NCBI GenBank assembly: GCA_039714075.1
Contig: JBDLKA010000028.1
Span: 1-36,313, forward strand
Source of the DNA: Candidatus Krumholzibacteriota bacterium
Lineage (GTDB): Bacteria > Krumholzibacteriota > Krumholzibacteriia > LZORAL124-64-63
DNA: 36,313 nt
Direction: 5' to 3'
The notes beneath the pieces were generated by a model. That model worked only from the letters and a program-made list of their open reading frames with translations, made no database searches and was not told where the DNA came from. The position numbers and the translations under genes were made by a program. Below are positions 35,387-36,313 of the stretch, piece after piece (within the stretch, counting starts at the first letter, position 1; each line of letters begins with the position of its first letter).

Positions 35387-36313
35387 ATGATGCGTCGGTT
35401 CCCGCTTCTCCTGTCAATCGTGTGCCTGATCCTGCTTGCCGGCACCGCGTCCGCCCAGACTTCCGCGACCCCCGAAGATACCACCACCTCCGATTTGCCC
35501 GAACCGCTACCCGCGGAACTGGATGATGAATTCTTCTTCCGGCTCAACAAGTTGAATTGCACCGACCTGAACGCCTTCGCCTACCGGGAAACCCCGCTCT
35601 ACGTCCTGTCGGACCGACCGGACCTTTTGTACGAGATGGTTCTCTACTGGGAGAGCCGCTGCCTGGCCACCGAACCCGTGTTCCGGATCCGTCTGCTGGG
35701 CAGCATCTGGGACGGGGATTTCGACGAGGGACAATACGATGAAGAGGTCATCGACAGGTTGATCGAACGTTACGATCCACCCGTGAAATCAAGATTTCCC
35801 GAGCTCAGGAAAAAATACGACGATTTCACGGTGACCTTCGCCGACCAGCTGCTGCCCCACGTGCCGCGCGGCGGTGTCGAGGAATTTTTCTGCCTCTATT
35901 ATGCCGGAAAAACCGCCGCCGCCTGGGCCCTGCTGCAAAGCGAAGACCTGGAAGACACCTGGCTGCGTTTCTACTACGACGAGGAGACCGCCAAGCTGTC
36001 CAAGAGCAACGCCGTGGCTACCTTCGATCTTGCCGGCGGTTTCTGGTATCCCCGGGGGAACGTGGCCTTCGTGGGGGAAAAGCCCTTGGCCGGAATGTTG
36101 GCGGGGGTCCGCTGGCCCCGTTGGCTGCTGCGGGTTGCCCTGGAGGGGCGGCTCGGGCGCAGCGATCAGCCCTATTGGGTAAGTGAAGGCAATATCCTGG
36201 GGCGGTCCAACCGCTTCAACGCCATGCTGGTCGGCGCGGAATTCGGGCGAATCCTGCCGGTGGGCGAACGGTCCGCCGTGGACCTGTTCGTGGGCGCGGG
36301 GGGCGATGTGGTC
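35387..36313 (+). CDS. Secreted hypothetical protein, helical N-terminal part then probable OM beta-barrel strands (3' truncated by window edge)
   Basis: Not in the ORF track because it has no stop in the window. Translates MMRRFPLLLSIVCLILLAGTASA|QTS... and stays open to the window end; later segments (TFDLAGGFWYP, LRVALEGRLG, VDLFVGAGGD) alternate like barrel strands. Confidence 0.8.
   Translation, partial: MMRRFPLLLSIVCLILLAGTASAQTSATPEDTTTSDLPEPLPAELDDEFFFRLNKLNCTDLNAFAYRETPLYVLSDRPDLLYEMVLYWESRCLATEPVFRIRLLGSIWDGDFDEGQYDEEVIDRLIERYDPPVKSRFPELRKKYDDFTVTFADQLLPHVPRGGVEEFFCLYYAGKTAAAWALLQSEDLEDTWLRFYYDEETAKLSKSNAVATFDLAGGFWYPRGNVAFVGEKPLAGMLAGVRWPRWLLRVALEGRLGRSDQPYWVSEGNILGRSNRFNAMLVGAEFGRILPVGERSAVDLFVGAGGDVV

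Overview
GC-rich bacterial chromosomal segment with about 29 genes and no rRNA, tRNA, CRISPR array or transposase that I can recognise. The FlgD/T9SS-type C-terminal tails, the 'SFGSVKSLYR' tail and mqnE suggest an FCB-superphylum organism such as Krumholzibacteriota/Latescibacterota (inference). Housekeeping genes include an MsbA-like ABC exporter, a Na/Pi symporter with PhoU, def, an O-antigen-ligase family protein, mqnE, an SDR, pyk, an AI-2E transporter, SIMPL, a cyclophilin, mscL and msrB. Many secreted proteins are interspersed: two paralogous S8 peptidase-PKD proteins, two tandem paralogous ~920-aa secreted proteins duplicated together with their promoter and structured leader, and outer-membrane barrels. 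Four features stand out. (1) A self-contained sigma-54 module: sensor kinase and NtrC-type regulator, two palindromic enhancers, an IHF-like site, a -24/-12 promoter, a small Gly/Asp-rich exported protein and an OM beta-barrel. (2) A DUF222-like HNH gene whose N-terminal part and promoter are bracketed by an 18-bp inverted repeat built on a C6G6 palindrome. (3) The tandem large secreted proteins with a conserved SD-sequestering leader. (4) A 20-codon ORF with a strong promoter and RBS ahead of the last gene. All calls were made by eye from motifs; no database searches were run.
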